This document shows, piece after piece, positions 37,580-52,059 of a stretch of 64,000 nucleotides of DNA. Source of the stretch: Lama guanicoe. Its lineage: Eukaryota. A program made the position numbers and the translations under genes. Every line of letters begins with the position of its first letter. Position 1 is the stretch's first letter. Location: NCBI GenBank assembly GCA_013239625.1, contig MU056029.1, positions 1,054,001 through 1,118,000 on the forward strand. The letters are read 5' to 3'. Below the pieces are notes generated by a model that was given only the letters and a program-made list of their open reading frames with translations, searched no databases and was not told the origin of the DNA.

Positions 37580-39863
37580 CAATGACATTTTCTCTATTAC
37601 ATAATGACCACAAGACTGGTTATTTAAGTGAAAAACTCAAAATCCGTCGCTAATTATCATAAATTAAAACTGACACATGGCATAGTTCAAAGACAAGGAT
37701 AGATGCACCCAATACATTTTTTCCCTTGCGTATCTTGGTGGTCAAACTCTAGTGCTGGGCCAGGGACAGACATCAGCCACATGGTCAATCAGACAAGCCG
37801 AAGGAGGCGGGAGCTCCATGAACCAATCCGGCCGCGCCCAGCGCACATCTCAGTAGGCGTGTTTGTCTGATGTGCGATGCTAGGTAGCGGACTGAGCTTC
37901 CCACCCCCAGGACCAGGCTGGTTTTGCCATCATTGTCTGTTTCTGTTTCGTGTTTCTTTGGGAAATGGGCATGAGACAATCAGAGAAGTAGAAGACCCTG
38001 CTGAGGGAATTAACAGACCAAGTGCCATAGATATGCCACTCGTGTCATTTGAGGAGTTTCTGTGATGGAGCTTTCAAGTGAATGCTTAGCCCAGTCCAGA
38101 TTTCAGTATTTTGGTTAAAATCTGTCGTGAACCATGTTCATTGTATGTGTTCAATGGGTCAGGAATAACATCAGTCACTTTCAAGGAGCATGAAAATGTT
38201 TGATGATACATAAAAGTAACCACTGATGGTTGGCCCCTGATGCTGAATGTTTTAATACTCAAAGAATCCTAAAAACGTTTACATGATCAGACAACTTAAA
38301 CTGTCTAGACGGCATAAAGCCCCATTACCTAGGATGGAGCTAAGCTGTTGACAGCCCTGGAAGCACAAGCATGTAATAAAACGTTAGCTCCTGCTTTATT
38401 TTCAGGTCTACTTAAGCCTCATTTTCTTACCACACTCTAAAGCAGGAGTCACACTCCTAGACTCTTCTTTCTTTAAAAAAGTTGACCGAGATTTCAACTC
38501 CTGTTTGTTCTCCTCGTATTTCAGTAGAAAATGAGAATTCACTGAAACCCTTGTACGAAACCAGCTACCAAGACTTCGGGACAATCAGTTGAAGAAAATT
38601 CAATCATTTTCATTCTAGGCAATGAAGAAAAAAAATGGTTTCTTGAGGAATAGTCAGGTCATGCCTTGAGCCAAGGAGAAATCATCCTCTGATCCTGGCA
38701 TTGGCCTGCTGGTGTCAGCACAAACACAGGGGGGACTCAGTGCTGACCAGGTGGCCAACTTCACTGAGAGATGAGCAGAGGGGATGAGCATTCTGCTCTC
38801 TGGTGTGGGGCATCACACAGAAAGTCTCACCATCACACACGGGATATCACACTGGACAGGACACGAGAGAGCCGACCAACTGCATGTGTTCTGAAGACTC
38901 TCTTCACTCCAGATCACCCAACCCCTCTCCGCTCCCTGAGGGTCTTTACTTCCTCCCTCTGCTCTCTACTTCTCTTCCTTTCCTTCCTTCCTTCTTCCTC
39001 CAGAAATGCCTCAGCCCTGGTTAGATAACAGGCACCTTCTCGGCTGGTACTGAGGCCTGAAGAGCTTGCCCTGCCCTTTGGGCTTCGCCCTGCTTGTCTA
39101 TTTACTCACACAGCCTTTGTGTCCCTCTGTCATGGGTTTCCCCGTTTTCTTTCTTGTCTTATATGTGAGTTTCATGACAACACAAGGCAAGGGATGATTT
39201 AGTTACACATGTTCCTAACAGAGAAGGAAAGAGCATCTGAAATAGGCAAAGAGGGGGGAAGGAAGACAGAAGCCAGAGCAACAGAAAGTGAAAGGGACTA
39301 GAGGAACTCACGTGGCTGTGTCCCCGGGGGTGCCTGTGCCCCACTAGGTGTCACATCCACGCACTACATCATCTGTACACAAGCAGCTAGCTCAGCAGGC
39401 TGGGGGCCTCCCAGGAAGAGGAGGACAACAGAAGTGAGTGACCCACAGGGTTTCGGGAGAAGGGATGGAGACAGAATCCAGGCCCAGACTGCTCAATGAC
39501 CTAAACTCTATGAAAGAGAAATTACATGGAATTCTGTTACTTATCTGCCCAAGTGGTTACAATCAGAATTTACTGATTCTTCCCAGTAGTTTGTTACAAA
39601 TCAGTCCACAGTGAATTGGGATAAAGAGAATACAACTATAAAAAATTAGAGTTGGAAATTACTCAAGAGATCATTCTGGTCCAATCTCCAATCTCTGCTT
39701 GAATACTTTCCTCACTGGCCAACTCCACACTGACTGGTCTCAAGTCTTGGGTATCCTCTTTGCCTTCCTCTTAGAGACAATCCCGTTCTGGTTTATCATA
39801 GTGCAGGTGAGCGTGTCCAACTGAAATATATTTTCACACTAAAGAGAAATAAGAGATCAAGTG

Positions 39864-40357
39864 AAGAAGCTGTGGTATATTTGTACAATGGAATACTACT
39901 CGGCCATGAAAAAGACTAAAACAATGCCATTTGCAGCAACATGGATGGACCTAAAGATCGTCATTCTAAGTGAAGTAAGTCAGAAACAAAGAAAAATACC
40001 ATGATATCACTCATATATGGAATCTAAAAAAAAAAAAAGAAAAAAGAAGACATGAATAAACTTATTTACAAAACAAAAACAGACTTACAGTCATAGTAAA
40101 CAATCTTATGGTTACCAAGGAGTCGAGAGGGTAAGAAGGGATAAAGTGGGAGTTCAAGATTTGCAAATATTAACTATTATATATAAAATAAACAAATTTC
40201 TTCTGTATAGCATGAAAAACTATATTCAATATCTTACGTACCTATAATGAAAAAGAATATGAACGGGAATATATGCATGTTCATGTACGATTGAAACATT
40301 ATGCCGTACACCAAAAACTGACACAATATTGTAAACTGATGATACGTCAATAAAAAC
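39864..40357 (+). mobile_element. 5'-truncated L1 with TSD
   Basis: L1 3'UTR; TSD AGAG(A/G)TCAAGTG at 39852-39863 and 40358-40369. Confidence 0.9.
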
Positions 40358-41251
40358 AGAGGTCAAGTGGATGGAGTGCAGGAGGAAGGTTATAAGGAGC
40401 AATTAAACACCCTTCATAGTCCGCTAGTGTTACCACTGATTTCTGTTCTCAGAGGCTATGAAAATCTGCAGATTCCCTGTTCCTAACACAAGTTTACTAC
40501 AAGGAACTGACACTTGAGCACATTAGTATCTGAGCAAGTATTTTGTCATGAAAAAAATAACAAACATCATATAATGAAGCATATCTTATTAAGTATACAC
40601 CGCCTGAGTTATATCCATTTTTTAGTTCCACTTTTAATTTATGGCAAAACACTGCCATTTTCTTAACCGGAGGTGTGATGGAAGGACGCTGCCCTGGGTC
40701 CATGACTGCCCATCACAGCTCATGCTGCCCCTTGGGCTATTTCCTGTGCCTCCTGGAAGCTCACAGCTTCATCTGAGACAGTGGCCGCTGTACACCACAC
40801 ACTGGTCCAGGCGATGTGATGGAGCAAAGGGTCCAGTGATAGTGAGAAAAGCAAGAATCTCTTCAGGTATAATAGTTCCCATGCTTGAACATCACGAAGC
40901 TCTCCTTTATATTCCTGTGAAATATTCAGGGGAAAGTATTTGGTGGAACAAAAATCCTTACAATCCAAACGTTTTCTATCCCTCCAAGACTCAGGAAAGC
41001 ACTGGACTCTAGGTTAGAGCCGAATGGCATTCAGTTACAATAATAATTCCCGACCTTTGCAGTGGAAGCAGTTAAAGACTTAACGTTCTGCATCGCATGT
41101 GGCTGACGGTTATGTAGGGTCACGGGGAAGGGTATATGCATGTTTACTTTAGTCACCAGGTTCACATGTAATGCTGGCAATAGCTTTTTCAATGAAGATA
41201 CAGAAAAAAAAAAAACTTGAAGATCTTTTTCCACATTATATACACTGCTTT

Positions 41252-41767
41252 TGTAATAGAAAAGAACAAATCTGACTCCACATTAGATCTGTGCCTTTGG
41301 CTTTAACCCTGTGCCCTGTCTTCTAGGCTCAGTCTTGCTGGTTCTGCACCTTTTGTAAAAGAATGTTGCCTTTAGCCTGAAATACACAGGAGAGCCTAGT
41401 TTCAGGACTCTGACCTTTGAGGATACTAACACTTTTGCACTTATTAAAGATAACAAGTTGCAGAATAGAAAGTAGTATTTGTTCGGTTAGAGGTTTTACA
41501 AGAGTACCGTGACCTGACCCGCGAGGACAGCTGCAGGAACAAAGAATTCCTACACCAAGAAGTTTGCAACAACCAACCACAACCCCTCCCCTTTTAGCAT
41601 AAAAGGAGCCTGAATTCTGACTTGAATAGGACAGTTCTCCAAGACATTCGTTTGCCATCTTCTCGGTCTGCCAGCTTTCTGAATAAAGTAGCTATTCCTT
41701 GCCCCAACACCTTGTTTCCTGATTTACTGGCCTGTCATACGGGAGCAGGAGTTTGAACTCAGTAATA
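41252..41767 (+). mobile_element. ERV1-class solo LTR, family X copy 2
   Basis: Colinear with copy 1; 4-bp TSD CTTT (41248-51 / 41768-71). Confidence 0.92.
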
Positions 41768-41891
41768 CTTTGGTAATGGAGAAGTATAAAAGTGTATGTG
41801 GTGCTTTGTGAATCACAACTGTGCAGAATCAAAGTAAGGAATCTCATGTTATTCAACTCATTTTTAATGGTTCCAATTTGAATAAAGTTCA

Positions 41892-41919
41892 TTTATTTTA
41901 TTTTATTTTATTTTATTTT
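41892..41919. repeat. (TTTTA)n repeat
   Basis: Directly visible pentamer repeat. Confidence 0.85.
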
Positions 41920-42544
41920 AAATTTTTTCTTACAGAGCAAAGGATTTAGACTCTAAACTTAAGAAGAACTATTAGATCACATAAAACTATGTACTACAAA
42001 GGGAGACCAAGAAGACCAGGGCTGCACAGGAAAGTCTTGCTTGTCCCCAAATGCACATACATTTCAAATATTGAAGAGCTAAGGCCATGATAGTTCCACT
42101 TAGCCAAAATAAGGCAGCACAGAGAAATTCACAGCCTAAGATTTCTCAGTTTTAAAAAGCACCAGCACATTGGTTTTCTGTTTGTTTTTGTTTTTTGATC
42201 CTCACAACAATCAGGAGAAAACATGTATCAGAAACTGCTTTCATAGGTGAGGGAACCAAAAGCAGTTTGATTACTGAGTTGCCTCAATTCACTCAGCTGA
42301 CTAGTGGTAGACACAGGCTAGAACCCCAAGCTAGCCTGGTATTCCAAACGTTCTCAAGAAAACTGAAATAGGAATAGAAAACACACACAAAGAAAGGGAA
42401 GGTCATTTCTACTATATGAATCATGCTAAATACACAGGTGCTTCCGGTGCCTTTGATGGCCTGGAAAGGGGAGCCCACTGGAGTCACACTCCTACAACAG
42501 GTCTGGGAGATCCTATAACCTACTGGGAGCATTTGGTTTCCAGT

Positions 42545-43320
42545 CCAGCATTACAGAGCCTGGAAGTTGTCACTCCTGTTCTCACAAGGAGAAAAACGCT
42601 GACCACACTGAAATTCAACCACTCTTTTCAGATTCTTCTGAGAATTGAGGTCACAGGGCAAAATACTGCTTGGAAATGGGAGAGACAGAAAGATAAGACA
42701 CAGAGCATCACAGCTCGTGGGAGTAGAAACCACCGCTGTGGCCAGCAACGAGCTCACTGCCTACCTGCCAGAGACTGGACAGGGACTACCTTGAGAAGTA
42801 AAAACTCTTGGGGACCCACTCAGGAGAGCTCCCATACTCTGGTGAGTTTTTACCACCAGGAGCCCCATCAGGCCTGCAGGGTGACAACCACAGAAAAATT
42901 CCCTTGAGCTTCAGGCAAGGGGAAGGGAACAGAAACCATTCTGAAACATGCAGAGTGCCCTTTTCCCCTTAACAAAGGCCTCTCCTCGAGGAAAACCATT
43001 CTACCAGAGCCCAGCCAATGTGAGGGAAGGGTAAAACACACCCCCCCAGCCCCTCCAGCCTTCCTGTTTCACTTAAGGGGGAGAAAAAGTCTGAGAAGCA
43101 CTTGAGGCCACAGCCTAGGGGCCACAGGCCATGAAAAGACTGAGATGCACTCACAGGCTACGGAATGCTTCTTACCACCACGGGAGCAGGGCTCCTGCAT
43201 AATAATGAGGGATCGCAGCTCAAAGAACTGAAAGGCTCGGACTCTATCTAAGGAGGAGTCTCTAGGGAAGCCCAGACAATAGACAAAAGCAAGCAAACAA
43301 AAACAAAATGCAACGGTGTT
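42545..43320 (+). mobile_element. Old L1M 5'-end fragment
   Basis: Resembles ancient L1 5' regions ('gaagttgtcactcctgttctcacaa','gagaattgaggtcacagggcaa','ttcaggcaaggggaaggg..aaccattctgaaacatg'). Confidence 0.55.
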
Positions 43321-46009
43321 TGAGCTTGTGTTATTTCTCCCTGAAGTGGAAATTTTATATTATCTGAGGTTTCTCCCCATAGCAAACTTTTCAAAGCCTG
43401 AGTTGTGGACACCCCTCCTTCCCTCACTCCCCAGACTCCTTTCCACAGGCTAATACCAGCTGATAAGGTAAGTGATACGTTCTTTGGGTTCATGCATGTC
43501 TATCATGCGTGGCATGACCCCAGGTACTGAGTCAGAATGGACTCTCATCTCACCCTGGATCAACACCTGCCTGAATCTACATGGGGCCTTGTCTCTGCAA
43601 GGCTCTAGGCAATCAGACCTTCATCTCTCCAGCAAATCTTGCAGACTCACACTGCTTTGTGGCAGGACAGCCCATTCGTCACACTCTGAACCTTGCAGAG
43701 GGTCCCACCAAAGTTCACAGTACGATCAACAGGGCCTGAACACCACTGATGATGGGAGACTTAGCTGTCAAAACACTCTCTAGAAAACCACGCACATGGA
43801 GAATCTGACCGTGGAGATCTTCAGGTCTATCGGACTAAATCTGACAGTGCAGTAACATCGCACCCCAGAACTGGCACCAAGTAATGAATTTGGGGGGATT
43901 GAAAAAGAGATGAGACAACAAAACATGCACTTAAAATATATTCCTACCCAAACCCACATGCAATTTTAAGCATCTCTGTGATACACAATGTTCTGGAAAC
44001 AGGTGGTCCTGCAGTTTCCAGGTCCCCACAGAGCCTTCAGAATGCTCACTGCATGGGAAGCGTAACTCTGAAAATTCAATTACCTGTAAGCACAGGGTTG
44101 GGAAAAATACTTCTGAAGAAATGTGTTATCCTACTGAAATAGGATAAATAATGGTCTGTTCTAAAAGTGTAAGCATTTATCTCTATTAATGTGATTCTTC
44201 TCTGAATTCCTTGGAAATAAACGTTACTTACATATGCTTTTTTAAAAAATCATACTATTGGCCTTCTGCCTGAGAATGAAAATCTTGGGAAAGATGCAAA
44301 GTCAATACAGCGGGATCTGCTTATTAGTCAACTAACTTCCCAACGCCTGAGCACTCAGAAGTGGCCTGTCTCCCTCTGCATTTCCGTGAAGACCCAGCTG
44401 TCCAGCACACTTTCTCCCGCACGTCTCAAATCCTACAGAGAAGAAGGACCTCAGATAAAACAGGAAACAGGAAGCAAACGTGTCAGCTCTCACTTCCACT
44501 CCAGGACCCTCCACTCCCCACCACCCAGAATTTCAGAGAGGGGATGCAGAAAGTTCAATCTGTTCCCTTGGGTTGCAAACAGAGACTGAAATATCTCACC
44601 CCACTCCCAGTACAAGCAGTTTTCAAGTCAATGAGTTGGTAAATCATGCAGAAGCTAGCTAAAGAAAATTGGCCCTAAATATAAGCTCCTTGAAGGCTGA
44701 GTAACAATGCTCTCCTTACAACTGAATCCCCATCTCCACTGTTAACTCCTGTCAGATTCAGGGCCATGATCAAGGTAGGTGCCATCAAATGCTTGTTTTT
44801 TTCTTTGCATGACAGATCTGAGAAAGGACTTGGAAATCATCTGGCACTTCATTCACCCCACCTCCCTCACCACCTTAGCGCTGATCAAGAGCCCCAGCTC
44901 ATCAGCTAAGCCAGCCTCCATGAATCACGCCCAGCAAAGGGGCTGAAACAGCCCCCGTGCAATCTGAAGAGAAGACAGATGCAAAGCAGGCTGCCAGGTT
45001 AGCCTCTCTGACTGCCAAAGAAGTGTCAACTGATTATACCCCAGAAGGAGAGGGGGACAGATGGGCTGATGTGACTGATGTCATTAGCCTATTTGCCTCT
45101 GGGAATCAGAAACCCAGAGAAAACATGAGAGTATATACCCATATGCTGCACAAAGGTAAGGGCTGGGACTACTTCGGCTTGTTTCTTGGTAAAAAGAAGT
45201 ATCTATTCTCTATGACATAGCCTTCCAATCCCCTTGCAACCTAGTTGTGAATATCAGAGTGAAATCTATTAGAATTCAATTGGTCGCTATGTGACCACAT
45301 TCAGGGAATTACAATTATAACACATTTATAGGGGACTGTTCTCTGAATATAAAAGCAGAGTGAGAAGCAATCCACAACAAGAAAAAAGCATAAGAGAGTC
45401 TTATGCAAAAAGATAAAAATAGAATAGAGAAAAATTTTTTAACTGAAGAAAAATAGATATCACCAAGAAAAGAGGTATAACAGAAGAAGAATGAAAGGGA
45501 AAGGAAGAGAAAAGTGAAGAGAGGGCCTAACGGGAGGGAGAAAAGGTATTTATGGGGCTAATCCTCCCTCTTTCAAGCTCATTATTGCCGTTCCCCGAGA
45601 TGTCCCCCAAACTCCCATTCGCCTGTGTTCAACAGACGCACATTTATTCTCCTGAGAGTCAGCTGTAAGAAACTTCGTCTCTTAAAATGTGAGTTTTGAG
45701 GACTGTGGAAAAGAAAGCTGACATAGTAAATCTGATTCAACCACCACCACCATCATAACAAAAAAAAATACATATCATTTATCTTTGAGTGAGCTGTATT
45801 GAATCTCTGGAATAGTAACATAACTACCAAATTTAGATTAAATAGCCAAAATTTTAATAAAGCACTGGAAAACAAGAATGTCATTCTTCATACAGGGTGA
45901 TGAGTTTCTGAGTTTACATTAAGCTAATCTATCAAAACAGTTGAAAAAGGAAATCAACAGATTAAAAAGCCAATTGAGAAGCAGGAATACAAATACTCAG
46001 ATGAACATC

Positions 46010-48562
46010 GGTCAGGGCTTAAAAACAAACTTCCAGAGCTAGGAATGGGTCGTGCCTGCTCCCACCAGGACAAGATTCCCTGGGGTACGACATGAGGTAC
46101 TCGTAAGGGTCTTGCCTCCGTAATGGGGAATATTTAAACCTAGACTGAGCTATGCTCCAGTCCTGGCTGATCAAGAGTAAAAAGCAAGACTCTGAAAGAC
46201 ACAGCTGTTTTCAAAAACTTAACTGTGTCCCAAAACAAAGTTCAAGAATTTTTATAGAAAGACAAAAACTACCAAGCACTCAGCAAGTGAAAATGCACAA
46301 TATCTTACATCCAAACAGCAATTAGCAGGCATGAAAATACATAAAATACATTAAAAAGCATGAAAATATAACCCATAATGAGGAAATATCAATGACTCAA
46401 ACAGCGACAGACTCAGACCTTACAAAAAAGATACAAGGACATTTAAAAAGTTGTTATAATTCTATTGTATATACTCAAAAAGAGATGTGAAGGATATAAA
46501 AAGACTGAACTTTCAGAAATGAAAACTACAATGTATGTGATAAAATATATAGCTATAGATGGAAGTAACTGCAGACTAGACACTGCAGGAGAAAGGATCC
46601 ATGAATTTGAGGACATAGAAGTAGAAACTACAGAGGGAAAAGGAAAAGAAAAAATAAAGAGAGTGTAATGAAGCTTTTTGAACTGAGTGAAAATTAAAAC
46701 ATAACGTATCAGAACTGCGGGTACTACTAAAGCACTTCAGAAAGTTGTAACACTGCATGTCTATTTTTAGAAAGTAAGTTTTCAAACTAATGACCTTTAC
46801 TTCTACCTTCTAAAACTGAAAAAAAATCAAATGAGTTCAAAGGAGGCTGAATAAAGAAATAATAAAGATTAGACTACAAATCAATGAAATAGAAAAAAAA
46901 TATAGAAAAATCAATAAAACCAAAACCTGGTTCTTTAAGGTCAGTAAGTCTTTATCAGACAAAGAAAAACCAACCAACAAACAGAGAAAGCAAAGATTAT
47001 CGGTATCAGAAATGAGAGAGGTGACATCACTTCAGGGTCTACATGTGTTTAAAAAAAGACAAGGGAATGTTATGAACAAATTCATGCTGATATTCTACAA
47101 TTCAGATGGAACAGTCAAATTCTTTGGAGACGTAACCTACCAAAGCTCACTCAAGAAACAACAGATAACGTGAAAAACCCTACACCTATTAAGGAAATTA
47201 AGTTTTTAGGTAAAATTTCCCCACAAAGGTTCTATTTTCAGTTGTAAACCTTACCAAACACAAAAGGGTTAATATGAATACTATGCAAATGATTCCAAAA
47301 AACTGACAAGTAGATAGTGCTTCCCAGCTTTTTTTTTTTTTTGAGGTCAAAATTACACTGATACCCAAATCTGACAGAGAAATCACAAAAAAACTACAGA
47401 TCAATATCCATGTTGAAACTTCATGTGAAATTTTAAAAAAATCAAATCCAACTGCATGTGAAAATGATAATATACTTTGATCAAGTTGAGTTTATCTCAG
47501 TAAAATAAGGGAAGCTTAATATTTTAAATTAATCTATGTAATCCAACATATTAACAGAAGAAAAATCATATTATCATCCCAAGAGATACAGAGGAAACAA
47601 TTCTTAATTCTAAATTTCATTATCAATTCCTCATTGAAAAAACTCAGCAAACTAGGACTGCAGGAGAACTTCTTCAACCTAATAAACAGTATCTATGAAC
47701 ACTTACTATAAACATTATCATTGGTAAAAAGACCAACCACTTTCCTTCTAAAAATCAGGAAAAAGACAAGATTAGTATTCTTACACCTTACCAACACTGA
47801 ACAAGAGAGTCTAGCCAGTGTAATAAGGCGAGAAAAAGAAATAAAAAGCATCCAGATTGGAAGGATAAGGTAACACTCTCTTTATTTGCAGGTGATATGA
47901 TTGCCTATCTAGAAAATCCAGTGGGATCTACAAAAAAGCTACTAGAAGTAACAAATGAGTTTAACAGGATTGCAGGATGAAAGGGCAATACACAAAAACC
48001 AGCTTCATTTCTACATACTAGCAACAGTCAATTGGAGACTGCAGTTTAAAAAAACCTCCATTAATGACAGCGTCCAAAAATAAGAAATAGAGATGGATAT
48101 AGCAAAAGATGTGAAAGAATGTTCATTAACAGCCCTTTTTCTTTAATAATCAAACCTGGAAAGAGCCAAAATAGCCATCAATAGGTGAATGGATAAAAAC
48201 ACTTTCATACAGTACTTACAGCAATAAAACCAAAAAAAACTATTGATACACACTTTACTATGAATAAATCTCAAAAAATTACGTTAAGTAATAAAGTCCA
48301 GACAAATGAAAGTACACACTATATGAGTTATGTATGTAACATTCTAGAAAATACCCATCAGTGTAGATGGGGCATAAGGGTGGGAGCCTGGGAGGAAGGG
48401 GTTACCAAGAAGCCCAAGGAACCTTTTGCGGGGGATGGACTGTTCATTTCCTTAATTGTGGTGATGGTTCCACGAGTGTCCGTGTAAGAGCTCATTACAT
48501 GGTATAATTTAAGTGTATGCAGTTTAGGTAGGTCAGTTACATTCTCAATGGAGTTATTAAAA
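46010..48562 (+). mobile_element. Old L1M (L1MC/MD-like) with internal deletions
   Basis: ORF1-like ORF 46465-46668 (IDGSNCRLDTAGERIHEFED), degraded ORF2 at about 46680-48120, then a 3'UTR-like segment. Confidence 0.8.
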
Positions 48563-49399
48563 ACATACCCCAAAAAAGTAAGGGATGGACAGATAAAGTA
48601 CTTGGTTTCCCCACAACAACAAAAGATGTTATCAAAACAAAACAAAAATGCCCTACTCCACTCAGTGTTAATGCAATTCAATCAAAAAAATGCATCAGAT
48701 GTCACCCAGGCTCTACCCACCTTCACACCTCAGGGAGTCTCAGCTCAAAAAGTGAGCCGGGCACCAGCCATGGAAAGCATCCACTGTGTGGGAAGCAGCC
48801 ACTCAGACAGCACAGATCTACTTATTCATCAGCTCTTCCCACAAGAGTGCTCCATACGGTAGTGTCAAAAAAGTCTAGAAGACTTGCCTTGGGAATTCAT
48901 ACTTGGCAGTTATTTTTCATGAAGCCAGATAATTTTCACTTATGGCTCTTTTTTCCTGTTCCTTTTTATCTTATGGCACAGTATGATCGGGTAACATGTT
49001 CATCCCTCCTACCAAGCATTCATTTAGCATCTACTGTGTACAAAGAAACGGACAAACTGCAGTTAGGAAGAAAAAAGGTTTGCTCCTTTTCTGGTGACAT
49101 CAGTGTTCATTTAAAATCAATTTTAAGAAAACCCAAATTAAAACAAGTAGAAAATAAGAACAAAGGCACAAGTAGAGGAAACATAAGTATGACGCTCACA
49201 GAGACCTGAAAGTAACAGCAATGAGCCAGGTGGAGCCATCAACAAGGGTTTTCCAGGAGGAAAACATTTATTCATCGAGATTCTTGAAGCCAGACCTCTC
49301 CCTGAAAAAAAGGGGGATCTCAGCCTCCCACCCGCCCTCTTGTACTTTCCGTGAGTCTGGGGGGGTGGGGTGCAAGTTCCAATGGAAAAGAGGACTCGT

Positions 49400-49990
49400 G
49401 TTTAAGAAGCAGCACTGAGGCTGCAGCTCTGCACCAGGCAACGTGCAAATGCCAAGAAAAATGGGGATGTGCTTTCCATCCTAGAAGGACTCACACAGTC
49501 AAGGAGAAAGGAGCACAGAAATGCATGATTGCAAACATATGGTACATATTTTTAACAAAAATGTACCAGATGCTATGGGATCATGGGAAGAAAGTATCTA
49601 TGGAAGCCAGAGGGTCTTCATGGAGAAAATATTTGCACTGAATACTGTGGATGAGGTTCTTAATAGAGAAGCAGGACAGGTGTGCTTCTAGCAAATATTC
49701 TTGTAAGGAAGTAGGAAAGAAGATTTGTATTAAAGGAATGTCACATTGTCAGCCTAAGGGATCGACGGTAAGATCAGAAGCAGGGAAACCAGTAAGGGCA
49801 AGGCCACAAAAGTCCAAGTGAAAACTGCCAAGATGTTGAATTAAAACAGTGGCATTCAGGATGAGAAAGAGGAGAGAGACTTAAGTACCAAGGATGCCGA
49901 GTCCATCAGAGTGAATGTCTAACCAGAGGTCCAGGCTGAGGGGGGCCTGGGGTCAGGGATGAACCTGTTTGTCTTGGGTGATGGGAACGG
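49400..49990 (-). mobile_element. L2 fragment (ancient)
   Basis: Purine-rich antisense L2-like motifs ('gaagcagggaaaccagtaagg..aagtccaagtga','gtcagggatgaacc..tttgtcttgggtgatggg'). Confidence 0.5.
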
Positions 49991-50516
49991 CAGGCCTACA
50001 GTTTCCTCCAATATTTCATCCATTTCGGAGATGGAATTGGGGGTTCACTGCCACAGAATGAGGTGTCAGATGCTGCAAGGGGTCCCTGTCTGATGCAGTG
50101 TGGGTACTTTAGATCTCCTGATTTTAGGCAATTTTAGCATGAAGAGTTTAGACAAGTATGTGGCTTTGTGCAGCTTTAGTATGAAGAGTTTCAGCATAAT
50201 GATGGGGTCATGAGTTACACTGAATGGAAAGGCTGCAGAGGAGAGGAAAAGCATGCCCCTGGACAACGATGCCATGCACAGCCAGGTCAGAGATCCCCAA
50301 GAAAATGCTTTAAATACTTTTCCCAGAGACGTTCCATGGAAGAAAATAAAAAAAAGAACTATATTCTTCTTCTAGAGTTGTAATCTAAACAAAGACGAAA
50401 ATGGATTGTTCTACATGAGAGTTATTTCCAGGAAGGAAGTCCTGTCCCTACTGGCTCCCAAAGTGGTCAGGCCACAGAAGCAGAGAGCAAAGCCAGGGAT
50501 GGCAGGAAGCTCACCA

Positions 50517-50963
50517 TGCTACCAAGCCCAAACTCATTCTGCTCGCCGCACTACAGGCCAATAAACTGGGAGACAAGGTGCTGGGGCAAGGAATAGCGAC
50601 TTTATTCGGAAAGCCAGCAGACCAAGAGGATGGCAGACTGACGTCTTGGAGAATCATCCTGTTCCAGTCAGAATACAGGCTCCTTTTATACATTAAAAAA
50701 AAAAAAAAAACAGGAGAGTGGTTGTGGTTGGTTGTTGCAAACTTCTTGGTGTAGGAATCCTTTGTTCCTGCAGCTGTCCACATGGGCCAGCTCATGGTGC
50801 TCCTGCAAAACCTCCAACAAAACAAGTATTATTCTCTATTCTGCAACTTGTTATCTTTACATGAGTAAAGAGCTAGCAAGACTAAGCCTAGAAAACAGGG
50901 CAGAGTGGTTAAAGCTAAAGAAACAGATCAAAAATAGAGTCGGGTTTGTTCTCTTCTATTACA
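50517..50963 (-). mobile_element. ERV1-class solo LTR, family X copy 3 (internal deletion)
   Basis: Reverse complement of copy 1 with a block missing near 50870. TG...CA ends are kept, but the flanks ACCA / CCTG do not form a TSD. Confidence 0.88.
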
Positions 50964-51139
50964 CCTGGTCCGCTAACCGCTGCTAGACACAGTGCAGGTG
51001 GGGCAGTGCCAGGGCAAGCGCGACCCCCGGCGCCAGGCACAGGGCGAGGCAGCGGGCAGCGGGCGGGGCTGCTCCGACCAGGTCAAGTGCGGAGAAAGAC
51101 CTTTCCTTTCTCATGGCCGCAGGGAGCAACAGAAAGCAC

Positions 51140-51480
51140 CTGTCCCGGTGAAGCTTAGATTCTAATGGGGGAGAGAATATAAAGAAACAGACAAATGATT
51201 AAATAAGGTAACCTGGACACTCTCTGAGGGACCAGAATGGAGGGGAGCAGCTGTTTTCAATACAGGGGAGGCTTTCTGATGAGGAGGCATCTGAATATAG
51301 ACTTGAATACTGAGAAAGCTCTTGCCCCGAGCAGACAGGGGACAGACGGGGAGCAAGGAGACAAGTGTCAAGGGCCGAGGGACACAGAGCTTAATGCACC
51401 AGTAGAATGTCAAGATGTCCAGGAGGTCAGAGTACTGGGTCTGTGGAGGAGGCAGACAGAAGGACAGGACAGGGAAGGGG
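51140..51480 (-). mobile_element. L2 fragment (ancient)
   Basis: 'gaagcttagattctaatgggggagag..aaagaaacagacaaat','gaggctttctgatgaggaggcatctgaa..gacttgaa' resemble antisense L2. Confidence 0.5.
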
Positions 51481-52059
51481 ACAGAGAGCGGGGCCAGGGG
51501 GACATAAAGGATCAGAGGAATTTAAATGGGGAATATAGTGCTTAATTTCGAAGTCACTCCGGCTACCACGCGAGGAGAGGGAACAACAGGGGAAGAAAGA
51601 GGCCAGCCCGGATGCCGTGGGGGAAGACAGGTCGGCAGAAGACGCATCTGCACAGATGTGGTGGGCGGCACTCTGCAGGTTTCTCTGCAGAGGGAGGAAG
51701 CCAGACGCCACTGATTCAAGAGCTCTGTCCCAGACATTTCAGACTTGAAATACTGAACCCCTCAGGAGTTGTTTAGAATGGGAGTCTGGCCCTCGGGAGG
51801 AGGGGCATGCACTATCCCTTAGCAGTGTTATTAGTGTGCCTGTGATCTTGGAAAGCCTGGGAAGGATGGCAGATGGTGGGCACTGAGCTCGGGAAGGCTA
51901 GGGAGGAGGTTCCACACATGAAGACCAGCACAAAGAGCTCCCAGCACGACCGGAGGAGGTGGGCAGGGGGCAGAGGAAGCCATGCCCTGCAGGCTATACT
52001 GCAGGCCATACTGTCTGGGAAACAAAGGAAGTCACACCAGGGCCAGGGCGCTAAACTCC

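Noticed and set aside
37060..41767. Copies 1 and 2 as the two LTRs of a provirus
   Set aside because: Each has its own different TSD, there is no primer-binding site after copy 1, and no gag/pol/env-like ORF lies between them.
44939..44955. Perfect hairpin GGGGCTG-AAA-CAGCCCC
   Set aside because: A 7-bp stem is expected by chance in 64 kb, and rho-independent terminators do not apply to mammalian DNA.
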